A stretch of 57,159 nucleotides of DNA, from assembly GCA_045627605.1 (NCBI GenBank), contig JAZQOA010000018.1, forward strand, positions 1 through 57,159, written 5' to 3'. Under the pieces are notes generated by a model. That model searched no databases. It worked only from the letters and a program-made list of their open reading frames with translations, and had not been told where the DNA came from. Source of the stretch: Kiritimatiellia bacterium. Lineage in GTDB: Bacteria; Verrucomicrobiota; Kiritimatiellia; RFP12; JAAYLN01. Below, one piece after another: positions 56,441 to 57,159 of this stretch (positions are counted from its first letter, which is position 1; each line of letters begins with the position of its first letter). The position numbers and the translations under genes are program-made.

Positions 56441-57159
56441 CTACTTCAGCAAGATCAAAGTGCCTTTGGGCCAGATGATTTGACCGAGGGCGCCGTCCGT
56501 GACGCGTGCGAGAATCGCCTCGCGCTCGGACTTCCGGACAGGTGTGGCAACGCGAAGGAGATGGCCGTTGAGTTTGATGCGAGGCGTGGTTCCTGAAACC
56601 TTGAGCGAGTTGATGCGATAATCCTGCATGAGGTTGAGCGTGGCGCGATTCGACAACTCCACATTGATGCCCAGGGCCTCGTCCGTATCGCAGAGCCGCG
56701 ATGACGGGAAGTCCGTCATGTCGTAGTCCTTCCGGAACTCAAGCGAGGGATTGTTGCCGATGAAGAGCGTGCCGATGTCGTCCGCCGTCTTGCGGAAGAC
56801 CGTACCCGCAGAGCCATCCGCGACAAGGACGTTGTTGAGTCCGCCCCAGGCGTGGACCGTCCCCGAGAATCCGGTGAAGTCCTCGCCCACACCCGTGAGC
56901 CACAGCGCGATGCGTCCGCCGCCGCCCTGCTTCTGCATCGTGCCCGCGCCGCCGTCCGCCGTGATCGTGCCGCCGCCCGCGAGCGACTTGGCCGTCACCC
57001 ACACGCTGCCGCCCGCGCCCGAGTAGTAGCCGTCGCTCGACTCGTCATGTCCATTCACGTCGATCGTGCCGTCCACCGTCAGCTCTCCGCCGAACGCGAG
57101 CCGCACCGCGCCGCCCGCACGCGTCGTCCGCCCCGTGCCGCCGCCCGAACCGCAGTTGG
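56441..57159 (-). CDS. C-terminal part of a Gly-rich secreted protein (5' end outside the window)
   Basis: GSGG...AGGAVRL, GAGGSVW, GGGGRIA and GSAGTVF repeats. Ends PKGTLILLK. Confidence 0.75.
   Translation of the reverse strand, partial: NCGSGGGTGRTTRAGGAVRLAFGGELTVDGTIDVNGHDESSDGYYSGAGGSVWVTAKSLAGGGTITADGGAGTMQKQGGGGRIALWLTGVGEDFTGFSGTVHAWGGLNNVLVADGSAGTVFRKTADDIGTLFIGNNPSLEFRKDYDMTDFPSSRLCDTDEALGINVELSNRATLNLMQDYRINSLKVSGTTPRIKLNGHLLRVATPVRKSEREAILARVTDGALGQIIWPKGTLILLK

Overview
High-GC bacterial chromosomal segment. Secreted-protein architectures and C-terminal tails suggest a PVC-superphylum (Kiritimatiellia-like) gut or rumen organism; this is an inference. The left half (1-29.7 kb) is almost all minus-strand housekeeping genes: mutS, rsmA, surA, recO, fumarate hydratase alpha, a fumarate hydratase beta/Fmt fusion, a PHP hydrolase, a stand-alone PurH cyclohydrolase domain, SPFH/NfeD, a DsbD-like protein, a Ca/Na antiporter, rlmB, galK, recN, an amidase and gpmI. 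It is interrupted by an AAA/PD-(D/E)XK gene, a large secreted beta-helix protein, a three-gene amino-sugar-type cluster and a GxxExxY gene bracketed by a structured repeat array. An ~810-bp element with terminal inverted repeats and a 10-bp target-site duplication sits between the gpmI and tRNA promoters. The right half holds three tRNAs, a frameshifted secreted FGE-domain protein, a ~14-kb glycan-degradation cluster, several internally deleted or chimeric ATPase genes, an EamA transporter, a double GNAT, a hybrid histidine kinase and the tail of another secreted protein. The strongest leads are: (1) the GxxExxY gene bounded by identical 29-bp hairpin cores, with empty tandem repeat units; (2) the fumarase-beta/Fmt fusion beside an IMP-cyclohydrolase-only PurH; (3) two in-frame TAG codons in gpmI inside a predicted hairpin; (4) the inverted-repeat element; (5) an initiator tRNA with C33. 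No CRISPR array or rRNA was seen. All family assignments come from motif recognition by eye, not from database searches.
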